A stretch of 64,000 nt of DNA from Octopus sinensis (taxonomy: Eukaryota): NCBI RefSeq assembly GCF_006345805.1, contig NC_043002.1, forward strand, positions 71,982,001 to 72,046,000, in the 5' to 3' direction. The notes beneath the pieces are model-generated. The model had not been told where the DNA came from. It did no database searches and saw nothing but the letters and a program-made list of their open reading frames with translations. This document shows positions 51,838 to 64,000 of this stretch, one piece after another (the stretch's first letter is position 1; every line of letters begins with the position of its first letter). The position numbers and the translations under genes are program-made.

Positions 51838-52244
51838 TACAAGGGGCTAAACATAGAGGGGACAAACAAGGACAGACAAAGGGATTAAGTCGATTACATC
51901 GACTCCAGTGTGTAACTGGTACTTAATTTATCGACCCCGAAAGGATGAAAGGCAAAGTCGACCTCGGCGGAATTTGAACTCCTAACAGAACGTAACTTCG
52001 GATGAAATACCCATCTATTTACTACCCACAAGGCGCTAAACACAGAGAGGACAAACAAGGACAGACAAACGGATTAAGTCGATTACATTGACCCCAGTGC
52101 GTAACTGGTACTTAATTTATCGACCCCGAAAGTATGAAAGGCAAAGTCGACATCGGCGGAATTTGAACTCAGAACGTAACGGTAGACGAAATACGGCTAG
52201 GCATTTCGCCCGGCGTGCTAACGTTTCTGCCAGCTCGCCGCCTT
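51838..52244 (-). mobile_element. SINE family B array (2 units)
   Basis: Head at 52244; two central domains. Confidence 0.85.
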
Positions 52245-52547
52245 ACTATCAGTAATATTAAGTATATAATGCAGTAAGCCTGTATATTTTATTCATTAAG
52301 CCGACTTTACCTAATATTAAATTTATGTCCATGAATATACAAATGACAACAATGATTTTAGTGTGAAACAAGAAAGCGCCGATGGAAAGTCGTTCCAAAT
52401 CTTTAATACATTATTGTTTACTTAAATGCTTTATATATCTTAATATATGAGAAGATTAAACAAAATTATTAAAGAGTAAATTCAAAATATACCAAGTATT
52501 GATATATGATATAGATCTATAATTGTGAGTTTTGGAGTTAAAATTTT

Positions 52548-52931
52548 TCTTTTACGTGTTTCATTCATTGGATTCTGGCCATGCTGGTGCACCACCTCGA
52601 AGGGTTTTAGTCTTATAAATCGACCCAAGTACTTACTTTTTAAAGTTTCCTTTTTTCTTTTCAATTATTTATTGATTACAAGTATTATTGAGCAGTGGGG
52701 AAACACAGAAACAACCCCTCACCCATACACACACATATATATGTACGTATATATTTATATACTCACACACTACGGGCTTCCACTCAGTTTCCGTATACCA
52801 AATTCACTCATAAGGTAATGGTCGGCTTGAGGCAATTGAAGAAGAAACCAAAGGTGCCGCGCAGCAGGACTGAACCCAAAGCCCCGTGGCTGCAAAACAA
52901 GCGCCTTAACAACATACATATGCCTGCACGC
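52548..52931 (-). mobile_element. Diverged SINE family A-like copy
   Basis: CTGGCCATGCTGGTGCACCACC tail and CCGTATACCAAATTCACTCA body. Confidence 0.6.
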
Positions 52932-52948
52932 TGGAACAAAATATTTTT

Positions 52949-53108
52949 GGCTGTGTGGTAAGTAGCTTGCTAACCAACCACATGGTTCCGGGTTCAGTCC
53001 TACAGCGTGGCACCTCGGGCAAGTGTCTTCTGCTATAACCCCGGGCCGACCAATGCCTTGTGAGTGGATTTGGTAGACGGAAACTGAAAGAAGCCTATCG
53101 TATATATG

Positions 53109-53139
<31 letters not shown>

Positions 53140-53356
53140 CTGTGTGTTTGTGTTTGTCCCCCTAGCATTGCTTGACAACCGATGCTGGTGTGTTTACGTC
53201 CCCGTCACTTAGCGGTTCGGCAAAAGAGACCGATAGAATAAGTACCTTGCTTACAAAGAATAAGTCCCGGGGTCGATTTGCTCGACTAAAGGCGGTGCTC
53301 CAGCATGGCCGCAGTCAAATGACTGAAACAAGTAAAAGAGTAAAAGAGTAAAGAGT
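52949..53356 (+). mobile_element. SINE family A, near-complete reference copy
   Basis: tRNA-like head with B-box-like GGTTCCGGGTTCAGTCC, body, tail hairpin and (AAGAGTA)n. Confidence 0.9.
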
Positions 53357-53623
53357 AATAATGTTCGGGAATTTTTTTTTATTTCTGTATCGCTTTACTC
53401 TAAGCATATCACAAAATTAGCCCTTTTCTGGGACAATCTGAGATAAGTGCTGGCGGAATCGTTAGCACTCGCGCAAAATGTAAAGTGAAATTTGACTTAT
53501 TTAATTTAAGTGAAATTTAACCACTTTCCCAAAATTGCTGGCCTTCTGCTAAAATTTGAAACCATATTTGTCTTGAATTAGTCATTATTTTTATGTTATC
53601 TTTTTTATCAATTTGAAACTATA

Positions 53624-54114
53624 TCTATATATATAAAACTGTAGTTGTGTGAGTGTCTGTCCCCTTCGATTTAGATTCCTAACTACTCCCACATTTTGCG
53701 GTGCAGTTTAACCAAATTCGGGTATCTTATAGTCGTGATTCATATCGAGCCCGTCTGAGTATTACGATTTTAAAAATAATTTAACATCATTTTTTATTCC
53801 ATTTTAATGCATAATTTTTCGTGTGTCGATGGCGGCGGAGTTGGCGTCCATGGTCACACCTGCACCTGTTTGCTTCTCCCCCTTCTTCCCTCCCTCGTGA
53901 AGCTGTGGGGAAGGGAGTGTAAGGAAATCAACGTCGTAAAGCGTTGTCAAGGAGACCAGCGTTCTTTTAGAACAACGACTTCATGGCTTGAAGACACCAA
54001 AACAGAAATGGCTAAGAAAGCCCGAATTGGCATCTATAAGGGAAGTAACTCTCTAAAAATGCCTATATAGTTATTTCTGTTACAAATCCGAGCAACGCCG
54101 GGCGATACTGCTAG
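53624..54114 (+). mobile_element. Non-autonomous Helitron (491 bp)
   Basis: A|TC start at 53624, hairpin CCGAGCAACGCCGG (54088-54101), CTAG|T end at 54114. Both ends match 16732-17576. Confidence 0.9.
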
Positions 54115-54360
54115 TTCTAATATATTTAGTTATGAATGTTACGTCGTAGTTTTAGCGAAGTTATTTACATGAATTCATTCGTTGGAGAAACAATAGGTGC
54201 TATTTCACCTTTCGCACCACAGGCTCGAAAACAGGAGCGCTTCCCGTATTAACTTCTGTATTCTCTTTCGTGAATTTCCCATACGCTCAATCGATGTTAA
54301 AACAACGCACAAAAGTCGTGCACTATTTTCAACATCGAGTGACTGATTTCAACAACGATA

Positions 54361-54394
<34 letters not shown>

Positions 54395-54697
54395 TTTTTT
54401 TGGCTGGTGCAAAGATAAAATAGCGCCGAAAAAGTATTAGACACAGCAAAAATAAAAAAAAAAATGAGATAATAATTCGCTGAATTATTTTTATTAGTTG
54501 CCAGTAACGTATACTATTTTTAATTTTATAATTATGAAACGAAAATTGTTTCATATTTTTTATCATCACTAGCAACGCTAACTCAAACCATAAAACTAAA
54601 TTATATTCTTATTATCCTTTATAATTAAATTCAATAATATGCGGTTTTAAATGGATAAGCTTACTTTCATTGCTTTTTCTTCAATAAGTACCAGCAA

Positions 54698-55014
54698 CAC
54701 CGGCTTAGTGGTTGACGTATTCAGCTCACGATCGCAAGGTCGTGAGTTCAAATCCCGGCGACGCGTCGTGTCCTTGAGTAAGACACTTTGTTTCTCGTTA
54801 CTCCAGTCCACTCAGTTAGCAAAACTTAGTAGTACCTGCAATGCAAAGGGCCAGCTTTGTCACGTTCTGTGTTGCCCTGAATCTCCTCGAGAACTACATT
54901 AAGGGAACACGCGTCTGTGGAGTGCTCAGCCACATGCACGTTAAGTTCGTGAGCAGGCTATTTCGTTGAGCGGATCAGCTGGAACACTCGTCATCGTAAC
55001 AGACGGAGTGCCAG
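54698..55014 (+). mobile_element. tRNA-derived SINE, family C
   Basis: GGCTTAGTGGTTGAC (A box), GAGTTCAAATCCCGG (B box), then GTGTCCTTGAGTAAGACACTT central domain. Confidence 0.7.
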
Positions 55015-55199
55015 TTAGCAGTCACATAAGTCAGAGTCATTTGTTATCTCTGTATGGTATTTTTACTACATGGTAAAAAGTCAGTTTACGAACTTTTACC
55101 GGCCATTTTTGGTATGCATTTAAAATTTTACTAAACAGGTGGGCAGTGGAAATTTCTTCAATATGAAAGTGGGTGATGACGCAAAAAGGTTGGAACCCC

Positions 55200-55874
55200 T
55201 GTTTTTCTTACAATTCTATATTTAAGAGATGAGAAATTATGTACATTTTTTACATTATTTACATTTGACGGATATTTGTCTTCATCTTGTTTGTTGTTAA
55301 CACAACGTTTCGGCTGATATACCCTGCAGCCTTCATCTGGTGTCTTGGGGAAATTATGAATCTGGGTTCTCATTCCTAAGGTATTTTTCGATGTTATCAT
55401 TATTAAGGTCACTACCTGGAATCGATCTCAGAATCTTGGGGTTAGTAGACCTCGTGGGCAATTATGGAATGAACTTTTAGGGCTTATAAATCTAATATTC
55501 TCCTATTCTTCCTTAATACCGGTTCCCATATGCTGTTCATATCTGCACTCGGTCTGCTTTGGAGGTTGTTGTGTCCTAGCATATGTGCTGCTTCTTTTAG
55601 TTTTCGTATTTTCCAGTGGTGTTCTCTGTCTATTATTTTAACTTCATCCCACAGGGGAAGGTGGTCTCCATTTTCCACCTCCCACTGTGGGATGAAGTTA
55701 AAATAATAGACTAAGAACACCAGTAGAAAATACGAAAACTAAAAGAAGTAGCACATATGCTAGGACACAACAATCTCCTAAGCATACCGAGTGCAGCTAT
55801 GAACAGCATATGGGAACTAGTATTGAGGAAGGATAGGAAAATATTAGATTTATAAGCCCTAAAAGTTCACTCCA
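55200..55874 (-). mobile_element. Penelope-like 3' end (GIY-YIG C-terminus) with ~200-bp inverted duplication
   Basis: DHLPLWDEVKIIDREHHWKIRKLKEAAHM..SRPS on minus. Arms 55465-55664 / 55675-55874. Confidence 0.8.
55299..55344 (-). ncRNA. Minimal type I hammerhead-like motif (U4A)
   Basis: RC: GACAC-CAGAUGA-A-GGCUG-(10 nt)-CAGCC-GAAA-CGUU-GUGUU. 5-bp helices I and II, palindromic AACGUU. Confidence 0.6.
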
Positions 55875-55971
55875 CACACACACGCACAGTGTTTGTATCT
55901 ACCATGTCCACTCACAAGGCTTTTGTCAACCCAAGGCAGTGAGGCGAGCATTATTTTTTATCCCGTCTCTG

Positions 55972-56183
55972 AGGCGGCGAGCTGGCAGAAATGCTAAGCA
56001 CGCCAGGAGAACTGCTTAATAGTATTTCGTCTGTCTTTACGTTCTGAGTTCAAATCCGCCGAGGTCGACTTTTACTTTCACCCTTTCGGGGTCGATAAAT
56101 TAAGTACCAGATGCGTACTGGAGTCGCTCAAATCGACTGGCACCTCCCCCAACATTTCGGGCCTTGTGTCTACAGTAGAAAAT
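55972..56183 (+). mobile_element. SINE family B with ~20-bp target-site duplication
   Basis: ATTATTTTTTATCCCGTCTCT (55950-70) / ATTATTTTCATCCCGTCTCT (56184-203). Confidence 0.8.
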
Positions 56184-56999
56184 ATTATTTTCATCCCGTC
56201 TCTATTTCCCTCAGTTCTGTCCGATATTGCCAAATGCCAACTCTTGTAATGATCTATATTACATTCTAATTTGCCATACTTTCTGTTTTGTATTTTTATT
56301 TTGTTTTCTGTTTTTTTTTACATGTATTTCATTTTCTTTGCTTTTTTCTTCAGCTGATGAGCAACTCTTTACCAATATTTCTGACCTTTGTATAGTGCTT
56401 ATTACTTTTGTTATCAGTGTATTTTCCTCCTCCCGCTCTCTACTTCATTCGTAACATCTTTAACAACTCGCCTCATTATTCTCAAACGCTTTCGTAATCC
56501 TGTTGCGGTTATTTAATTATAGTCTTTTATTTCTATGACTCTTCTCATCTTGTATGTGTGTACGCCCGTATTTGTGTGTGTATGTGTATGTGTGTGTGTG
56601 TGCGCGCGCGCGCGTCTGGTAAACACTTTATGGATGTGGTATTTTAATTACTTTATAAGTATCTTAGATTTTGTATTCATGTTTCTTATCTCACTTAATT
56701 TCCCGGAGATTATAGGGAAATTCTGCATAATTACCGAGAAAGATAATGAGTTTATGCTAATTGCTTTGTTGTTATTCTTTTAGCTCTTTCTGTTCCTAAT
56801 ACTAATCAGAATCACCAATCATATCAACTTGTTATTTTAACTTCTGCAATTGTAAAATTTACATATCATCTGCTTCATTTATTCCGAATTTCTGTTTCTT
56901 TCGCTGAACTCTAGACTCCACCTCACTTGCAGTAGGGATGCTAGGAAAATCGATGAGTAAATTATGCAGTATTGTACTCTGATTGGCGCGCAAAAATAT

Positions 57000-58050
57000 A
57001 AATGCTTAGAGAATAAATAAACGCTCTGATATGATAAGGTCACAATAAGATCGAAACATGCCAGACGTTGTCTATTATTCATGCAATTAGTAAAATAATA
57101 TTAAAGGTTTATTAATATTCTCTTTTCTTTAGCACATTTCTAATTAGTTTGTAGTACACCCTCCATTAATTATGCTAAAATATTGTTTTTCGTGTCGATA
57201 GTGTATCTGCTTTTTAATTCTCTAAACCAGTATATTTTCTTTGGTCAATCATGTGCCGATTTTTATTGATTATATCATCCCCTACTTTGGCATAAACAGT
57301 GATGATTTTTAATCGCTGATGAGGTTATAATAAATTTAAAACGAATCTGAAGTTGTCTCCCATATTTGTGGAAACAAAATAGTATATGCTTTTGACTAAC
57401 AATTCTTCCTTACAACATACTGATTTCTAGTTATATAGGTAATATTCCAAGCATTAAATATGTTAAGACTTAACTCTGTATTAGTTTTAACTCTTCCCCG
57501 TGCTGAAGAAAACACGTAGAAGATTCTTGTTTGTAACTGTGAGATATCTCAATAAGTTTTATTTTCTGTCGATTTCAGGAGCTTTCTTCTTTTTACTTGC
57601 GTAAATAATATGGTCCTTATCTCGGTAGATATACTCCAACGGTCTTGATCTTTAAGTTGTATTTATGCTGAATCGCCATTGTTATTCGTAAAGATTGATT
57701 TTTTTTGTTGTTACTAGCAGATTACCACAATATTTCTCTATTTCTAGTTTTCGTGGTGATTCTCTTTTATCTTAGTATTTGACTTATTTAATTTTCTATC
57801 AAATGTTTTAAGGCTTCATTCATAGAATTCAACATTTACGTTTCTCAAATGTCCTAATACGTTGTGTTTTGTTGAGATTTTCTCCCTCCTCTTTCTCTCT
57901 CTTACTTCTACGACTTCCATTTTTCGTTTGATGTAGCATTCCCAAAATATTTATCATACGTTTTAAGTGTTTTTTAACATGTGAGATCGATCTATCTGTT
58001 TCCCTCAGTAGGCTCCTCCTCATATATTCGATTTGTCACTGTATTTTTTA
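57000..58050 (-). mobile_element. Possible highly decayed Penelope-like ORF
   Basis: Scattered fragments (VGVYLPR, LLRVFFST, KYGRQLQIRFK, SAIKNH) in an order compatible with a PLE linker and endonuclease; many stops. Confidence 0.3.
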
Positions 58051-58327
58051 TTTCTTGATGTAGTTGTTACGGATAAGAAGTGAGTGTACGCTTGTTTTCT
58101 CAGAAGTATAAACATATCCTAGAATAAAACATTTCATGGCGATTAAAGAATAAACCACGCTGTGTAAATACAAAATGAAAACAATTTTCTAAGGTAAAGG
58201 ATAAGGTTTACAGACAAGAGCTTCAAATTATAAACATATTAACAATAAAATAATTCTTTAAACAATCAACATGACGTCCGAAAATACAAAGTTAAACACA
58301 ATAAGCCAAACTCACAATATATTCTTT

Positions 58328-58957
58328 TCTACTCTATGCACACGGTCCGAAATTTGGAGGGAGAGGTTCAGTCGATTAGATCGACCCTAGTACGCAGCTG
58401 ATACTTAATTTATCGACCCCGAAAGGATGAAAAGCAAAGTCGACCTCGGCGGAATTTGAACTCAGAACATAAAGACTGACGAAATACTGTTTGGCATTTC
58501 GCCCGGCGTGCTAACATTTCTTATTACTTTATTGCCTACAAGGGGTTAAACACAGAGGAGACAAACAAGAACAGACAAAAGGATTAAATCGATTACATCG
58601 ACTCCAGTGCGTAACTGGTACTTAATTTATCGACCCTGAAAGGATGAAAGGCAAAGTCAACCTCGGTGGAATTTGAACTCAGAACGTAACGGCAGACGAA
58701 ATACCTATTTCTTTACTACCCACAAGGGGCTAAACACAGAGAGGACAAACAAGGATAGACAAACGGATTAAGTCGATTATATCGGCCCCAGTGCGTAATT
58801 GGTACTTATGTAATCGACCCCGAAAGGATGAAAGGCAAAGTCGACCTCGGCTGAATTTGAACTCAGAACGTAGCGGCAGACGAAATACCTATTTCTTTAC
58901 TACAAACAAGGGACTAAACACAGAGAGGACAAACAAGGACAGACAAACGGATTAAAT
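58328..58957 (-). mobile_element. SINE family B array (~3.5 units)
   Basis: Repeated GAAAGGATGAAAGGCAAAGTCGACCTCGG. Confidence 0.85.
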
Positions 58958-59334
58958 CCTCAAATGCTGCACACGTTCTCTTTCGTCTGTTAAGAGTGGA
59001 TTATGCAGATGCATGTGTGACACATGGCTCCATTTCCTAAAAATCTGTAATAACAGTGAGAAAAAATAAGAAAAAGAAAATATAAATTAAGAATAGCCGA
59101 CACGGGTTTGTGTGAGATAGATAGATAGAGAGAGAGTGAGAGAGAGAGAGAGAGAGAGTGTGTGTGTGGGGGGGGGTGTCATTATTTAAAACAATATGGT
59201 TTGCACCCATGCAATATAGAGTTGGCTCGTCAGAGGAATGTAGCTCTTTGGGTTCAAGTGGCCTAAGTCCTACGAAATTTTTTGTATAGGACTGAATCAA
59301 ACTGTTTTAAATTATAATACATCTAACTCCTTTG

Positions 59335-59520
59335 GGCGGTGAGTTGGCAAAATCTTTTTGCCCGTCTTTATATTCTCAGTTCAAATTTCGCCAAGATCGA
59401 CTTTGCCTTTGATCCTTTCGGGATCGATAAAATAAGTACCAGTTGAGCACTGAAGTCGATCTAATTCACTTATTCCCTTCCTCGAAAATTGCTGACCTTG
59501 TGTCAAATTTTGAAACTGAT
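59335..59520 (+). mobile_element. SINE family B, diverged single copy
   Basis: GGCGGTGAGTTGGCA head and GATCGACTTTGCCTTTGATCCTTTCGGGATCGAT domain. Confidence 0.7.
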
Positions 59521-59594
59521 ATATGTAACTCTTACAAGATCTTTGTGTGCCTTTTTCTTTCGTTTCCGACACACTTGTAGATAGATAGATTAGT

Positions 59595-59672
<78 letters not shown>

Positions 59673-60012
59673 CAGATAGATACATACATACATACATACA
59701 TACATACATACATACATACATACATACATAGAGGGAGAAAGAGAGAGAGAGAGATGGATGGATGGATAAATGGATCAATCGATAGATTGATCATTGTAAA
59801 AATATCTCGCATGTTGCACGTAATACGGAGTATATTTAAAAAAAGGATGTTTTGTAGCGTGATATGATAATGAATAGATGAGAATGTCATGATTACCAAC
59901 TGACGTTTGACGTAACAAATCAAATACTAATGTTCCGGATATTTTTTAGAGCGTGTTGCCGTTCAATTGTCTTTTGAACACAAAGGCTCACCAATCCACA
60001 TACAAATACGTA

Positions 60013-60015
<3 letters not shown>

Positions 60016-60077
<62 letters not shown>

Positions 60078-60084
60078 GTATATC

Positions 60085-60117
<33 letters not shown>

Positions 60118-60124
60118 TTATATG

Positions 60125-60155
<31 letters not shown>

Positions 60156-60259
60156 TATATGTATATGTATATATATATGTATATATATGTATATGTATAT
60201 ATATATATGTATATGTATATATATATGTATATATATGTATATATATATATATATATTAT

Positions 60260-60335
<76 letters not shown>
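60016..60335. repeat. Long interrupted (TA)n/(TATG)n tract
   Basis: Directly visible. Source of the Y/I-rich ORFs. Confidence 0.95.
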
Positions 60336-60336
<1 letters not shown>

Positions 60337-60494
60337 AAATATTGAATTTCTAAATCTCTTGTAGTGACATGTACGGTGGTGGGGCGATATATGTTTACAT
60401 ATATATATGCTTATATATATGCATATGTACACACAATTGCATGCACATGTAGGAGGTGCCCAGGCATGGTTACAGTCCCCAAAACTAAAACAGT

Positions 60495-61540
60495 AAAACA
60501 CTTTCTGGACCTTCGACCTGACCTCCAGCCTTGCACGTCCACACTTCTTCGTCTTGCCGAACTTGTTCTCTCCCTCAAATGTTTCTCGTTCGCGGGCATT
60601 TTTACCAATAGTTGGCGTAGGTGACCATGGGAACGAGAATGGGCCTCAAATATACGAAATTGTTCGTTCGCTACGTTGAGGCCCAAATATTCTCGCAATT
60701 CACTGGTCCCACTCCCGAGCTATACGGTCGTTATATCGATGACTGTATCGGTGCGACCTCACTCTCCCGCGAACAGCTAGACACTTTCATCGCTTTTGTC
60801 CAATCCTTCCAGGAGCCCTCAAATTTTCCTGCACTATCTCTAACTCTCCGTCGAATTCTTCGACATTTCTGTCAGAATACACAACGCAGCTCTCACTACC
60901 TCCATCCACTACAAACACCCTGACTCACACTCCTGCCTTAACTTCTCCTCGTCCCACCCTACCCACATCAAGCTCTCCATGGCTTACTTTCCAATTTCTC
61001 CGTCTGCGCAGGCTCTGCGGCGACAACCATGACTGAGATTCAGTCTCAACTCCTGGCTCGCCACTTCATCCTACGTGAATATCCTCTCACCACTATCCAC
61101 ACTCTCCTTGCCAGGGCATGACCTGTGGACCATGCCACTGCTATTTCTCCTCACACCCGCCCCACCGTTGCCCGTTTCCCGTTTGCTCTCACTTACCACC
61201 CCTCCATCCTGCTCTTCCAATCCACCATTCTCCGAGCCTTCCGGCAACTCCAGTCCGACCTTGCCACCTCGCACATCTCCAATCTACCCCTTCCCTCTTC
61301 AAACGGGTCCATAACCTGCGTGACAATCCCACCTCCCAGCCTGACTCGTTCACCTGCTCCCACTCACGCTGTCTCATCTGCCCCTAGCTCTCCAACACCA
61401 CCATCCTCACAGGCACCCATCATCGTCCTTATCACATCATCGACTCGTTTCCCTGCACTTCCAGTAACGTCATTTACTGCATCTCCTGCTCTCCCTGACC
61501 TTCCCTGTACATCGGTCAAACGAAATGCCGTTTGACTGAT
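60495..61540 (+). mobile_element. Decayed Penelope-like RT/GIY-YIG fragment, same family as 48536-51418
   Basis: HFLDLRPDLQPCTSTLLRLAELVL, EAQIFSQFTGPTPELYGRYIDD (RYIDD 60729-43), and YIGQTKCRLTD near 61510. Confidence 0.9.
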
Positions 61541-62329
61541 GGAGTTTTGTTTCGTGAGTTTTTCCTGGTTATTTCGCATGCTCTCAACGAATATGTCATC
61601 GAAATCACACGTAAACAGCTCCTTTCCCCAGAAAAGAAAATATTTAGCTGCCAATTCTTGCACGCCCTACTACCACGTAACCGCTATTTCGTGTCCTTTA
61701 TCACAAATAGCTGTTACGTGGTAGTAGGGCATGCTAGAAATAGCAGCCAAATCTTTTGATGTGAGATACATTGAATGCACTCGAAATATGGAATAAAATT
61801 ATTTCACAGTGAGGTTACGAACGGGTCTTTTACGAAATATATACCGTATTTTTAAAATCATTTTGTTATGGTATCAATTTGAAAATAATTTTTAAAAAGA
61901 TTAGAATACTGTCTGTTAAAAGAAATTTAAAATATAAATTACTTACTGTACAAATAACTTACATTTTTGAAATAACATTTACTTTAAAAATATTTCTATC
62001 TAATTAAATTATTGTGTTTAACAAAAGAGAAAATTGAAACATTTACTGTAAAAAGCAACTCATATTTTTTCTTCGGCAAGTTAAAGTCATTAATGTATCT
62101 AATCGAAAGTTTAGAGTTTCTTCCCTTTCAGGGTTAAGTTATTTTCGGAGTATTTTCCCATTATGCACCGTTTTGGGTATTAATAACCCCTAAATACCCA
62201 ATATTTTAAGAACCACTGGTCCGATTTACACGAAATTTGAAATATTCCGTTTGTATTCATATTTCAGTAGGACTTTAATTCATAGTACTATTCTATTATA
62301 CGCCGGTGTAACATTGCAAGCCAGCAAGA

Positions 62330-62409
<80 letters not shown>

Positions 62410-62414
<5 letters not shown>

Positions 62415-62489
62415 AATATAAATTAGAGATAAAACCACTATTATGCAACTCAAACAGTGATAGACATAAACCAATACATAAATAACTAA

Positions 62490-62532
<43 letters not shown>

Positions 62533-62729
62533 TTTAATTCATTACTTATAACTAGATCTCAAAAACTATAAAATGAATGATAAAAATATAATATTGGTTA
62601 TTTATGTCTATCACTGTTTGAGTTGCATAATAGTGGATTAATCTCTAATTTATATTTTATATATTTATACTGTGAAATTTGATTTGTACTAAATTGAATT
62701 TTTCCCTGTAAGTTTGGAGTTTTACTCCC

Positions 62730-62740
<11 letters not shown>
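62410..62740. repeat. TA-associated repeat end with ~70-bp inverted copy (62410-62494 / 62591-62662)
   Basis: CCACTATTATGCAACTCAAACAGTGATAGACATAAA and its reverse complement. The right part matches 31380-31470. Confidence 0.75.
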
Positions 62741-62761
<21 letters not shown>

Positions 62762-63253
62762 GGTGAAGGAGTGGCTGTGGGGTAAGATGCTTGCTTCCCT
62801 ATCACAAACGAGGCAAGAAGTTATCCAAGGATTGTGCCGAAGGCGAGTCCAAGGGTTTGTGTGAATGATATATGTGTGTATGTATTAGACGTCACTGATT
62901 GGTTGAAATTGCAGAAATTGAAGAAGAAAAAAAACAAATATCTTACAAACTATAAAATTTTCTCAATAAAGCCAAGAGAAAAAGATTTTTTATAAACACA
63001 TTCTACCAGTATACGAAGTTTAAAATTTTTTAGTTACCTAGAAATTATGTAAAAAAACTGCCGTTCAAACCGAAAAGATCCAATCTCTCTATTGATAGCG
63101 GACCGAATAAGTATAATCTACGTAGAGCTCTAACTCATACAGTAGTATTCATACATCCAACTGTTCTTACAAGATATATATGTATATGTATATAGATATG
63201 CATATGGAGGCGCGCACACACAAACAGTACGCAAACACACACACACACATATA

Positions 63254-63467
63254 TACATGCTGAGAAGTTTCTGGCTTTAAATATATCGCACAAGAACTGG
63301 CTGGAGGACCAACCTTCCGAGTTTTTTTACAGAGCTTAGAAACACTGAAGACCCGCTGTAGTAATTGTGTGAACCTGAGAGGGGAATATATTGAATATAA
63401 TCATTATTAACTGATCCCCCTCTGTCTTGTGTTTTCCTTAGCACAGAAACCTTTCAGCACCACCTCG
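63254..63467 (+). mobile_element. Mariner-derived miniature element
   Basis: TGCTGAGAAGTTTCTG / CAGAAACCTTTCAGCA(CCACCTCG)TA ends. Internal C-terminal remnant reading TLKTRCSNCVNLRGEYIE. Confidence 0.55.
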
Positions 63468-64000
63468 TACACTTGTGTATGTCTACACGCGTGCGTTGTG
63501 CATCACATTATAGTTATATTCTAAGTACATATATATATGCTATAGTTCACTCACACACATTCAACAAATTTTACATCGTATAAAGAAGAACCTTTAAAAT
63601 AACAAAATCTCTCTTTGTCGCTATCACCGTTTATCTTTTTTTTTTTACCTTTTCTTTTACTTTTCTTCGACAAATAGGTGTTAGATGAACTATTTGATAC
63701 AAATAGATACAATTTCATACAAAATTAATTATATTTATTTTGTGATAAACGGTTTAATGATAAAGAGTTGAATAAATTTCATTATATCTTTTGTATTATT
63801 CAAAAGTTTCTAGTGATTAAATTATATTTGTTTTACTTTAATATAAATATTTTCAGAAATGTAAATATGACTACCAGACCGAGTCAATATAGAATTATAA
63901 GTCTTTATAATGTTACTATATAACATTAACACAATTTATTTTTTTTTATTGGGGCCATTGTTACTAATTGACTTTATATTATTGTATTATAAGAGGTATG

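Noticed and set aside
52949-53010. tRNA gene
   Set aside because: A/B-box-like head continues into a SINE body, with no complete cloverleaf or terminator. The same applies to the other heads.
59953-60364. Y/I-, CV-, HT-, YLSI- and MYVC-rich ORFs here and throughout the ORF track
   Set aside because: Translations of (TA)n, (CA)n, (GATA)n and (TATG)n microsatellites.

Overview
AT-rich, microsatellite-dense eukaryotic DNA that is largely decayed transposable elements. The SINE sequences look like those I recall from Octopus (coleoid cephalopod) genomes; this is an inference, not a database result. I found no intact protein-coding gene, rRNA, true tRNA gene or CRISPR array. Most ORFs in the supplied track are microsatellite or repeat artefacts. 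Supportable content: (1) two abundant tRNA-derived SINE families, one forming ~183-bp tandem multimers, plus two rarer SINEs; (2) fragments of several Penelope-like elements (PLEs; RT with RYIDD and GIY-YIG endonuclease), the largest at 48.5-51.4 kb; (3) CR1-like and restriction-like-endonuclease LINE ends; (4) three mariner, two pogo/Tigger and two to three Helitron derivatives; (5) a gag/ORF1-like pseudogene with a CCHC knuckle and no visible ORF2; (6) near-identical local duplications that may be assembly artefacts. The most interesting signal is a set of minimal type I hammerhead-ribozyme-like motifs at the termini of at least four different PLE families. They have self-complementary helix III loops and recurrent non-canonical cores (including A6U in two copies). 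They often sit in fold-back structures that abut (TA)n tracts. All structures were paired by eye and none has been tested for activity. Boundary coordinates of decayed repeats are approximate.
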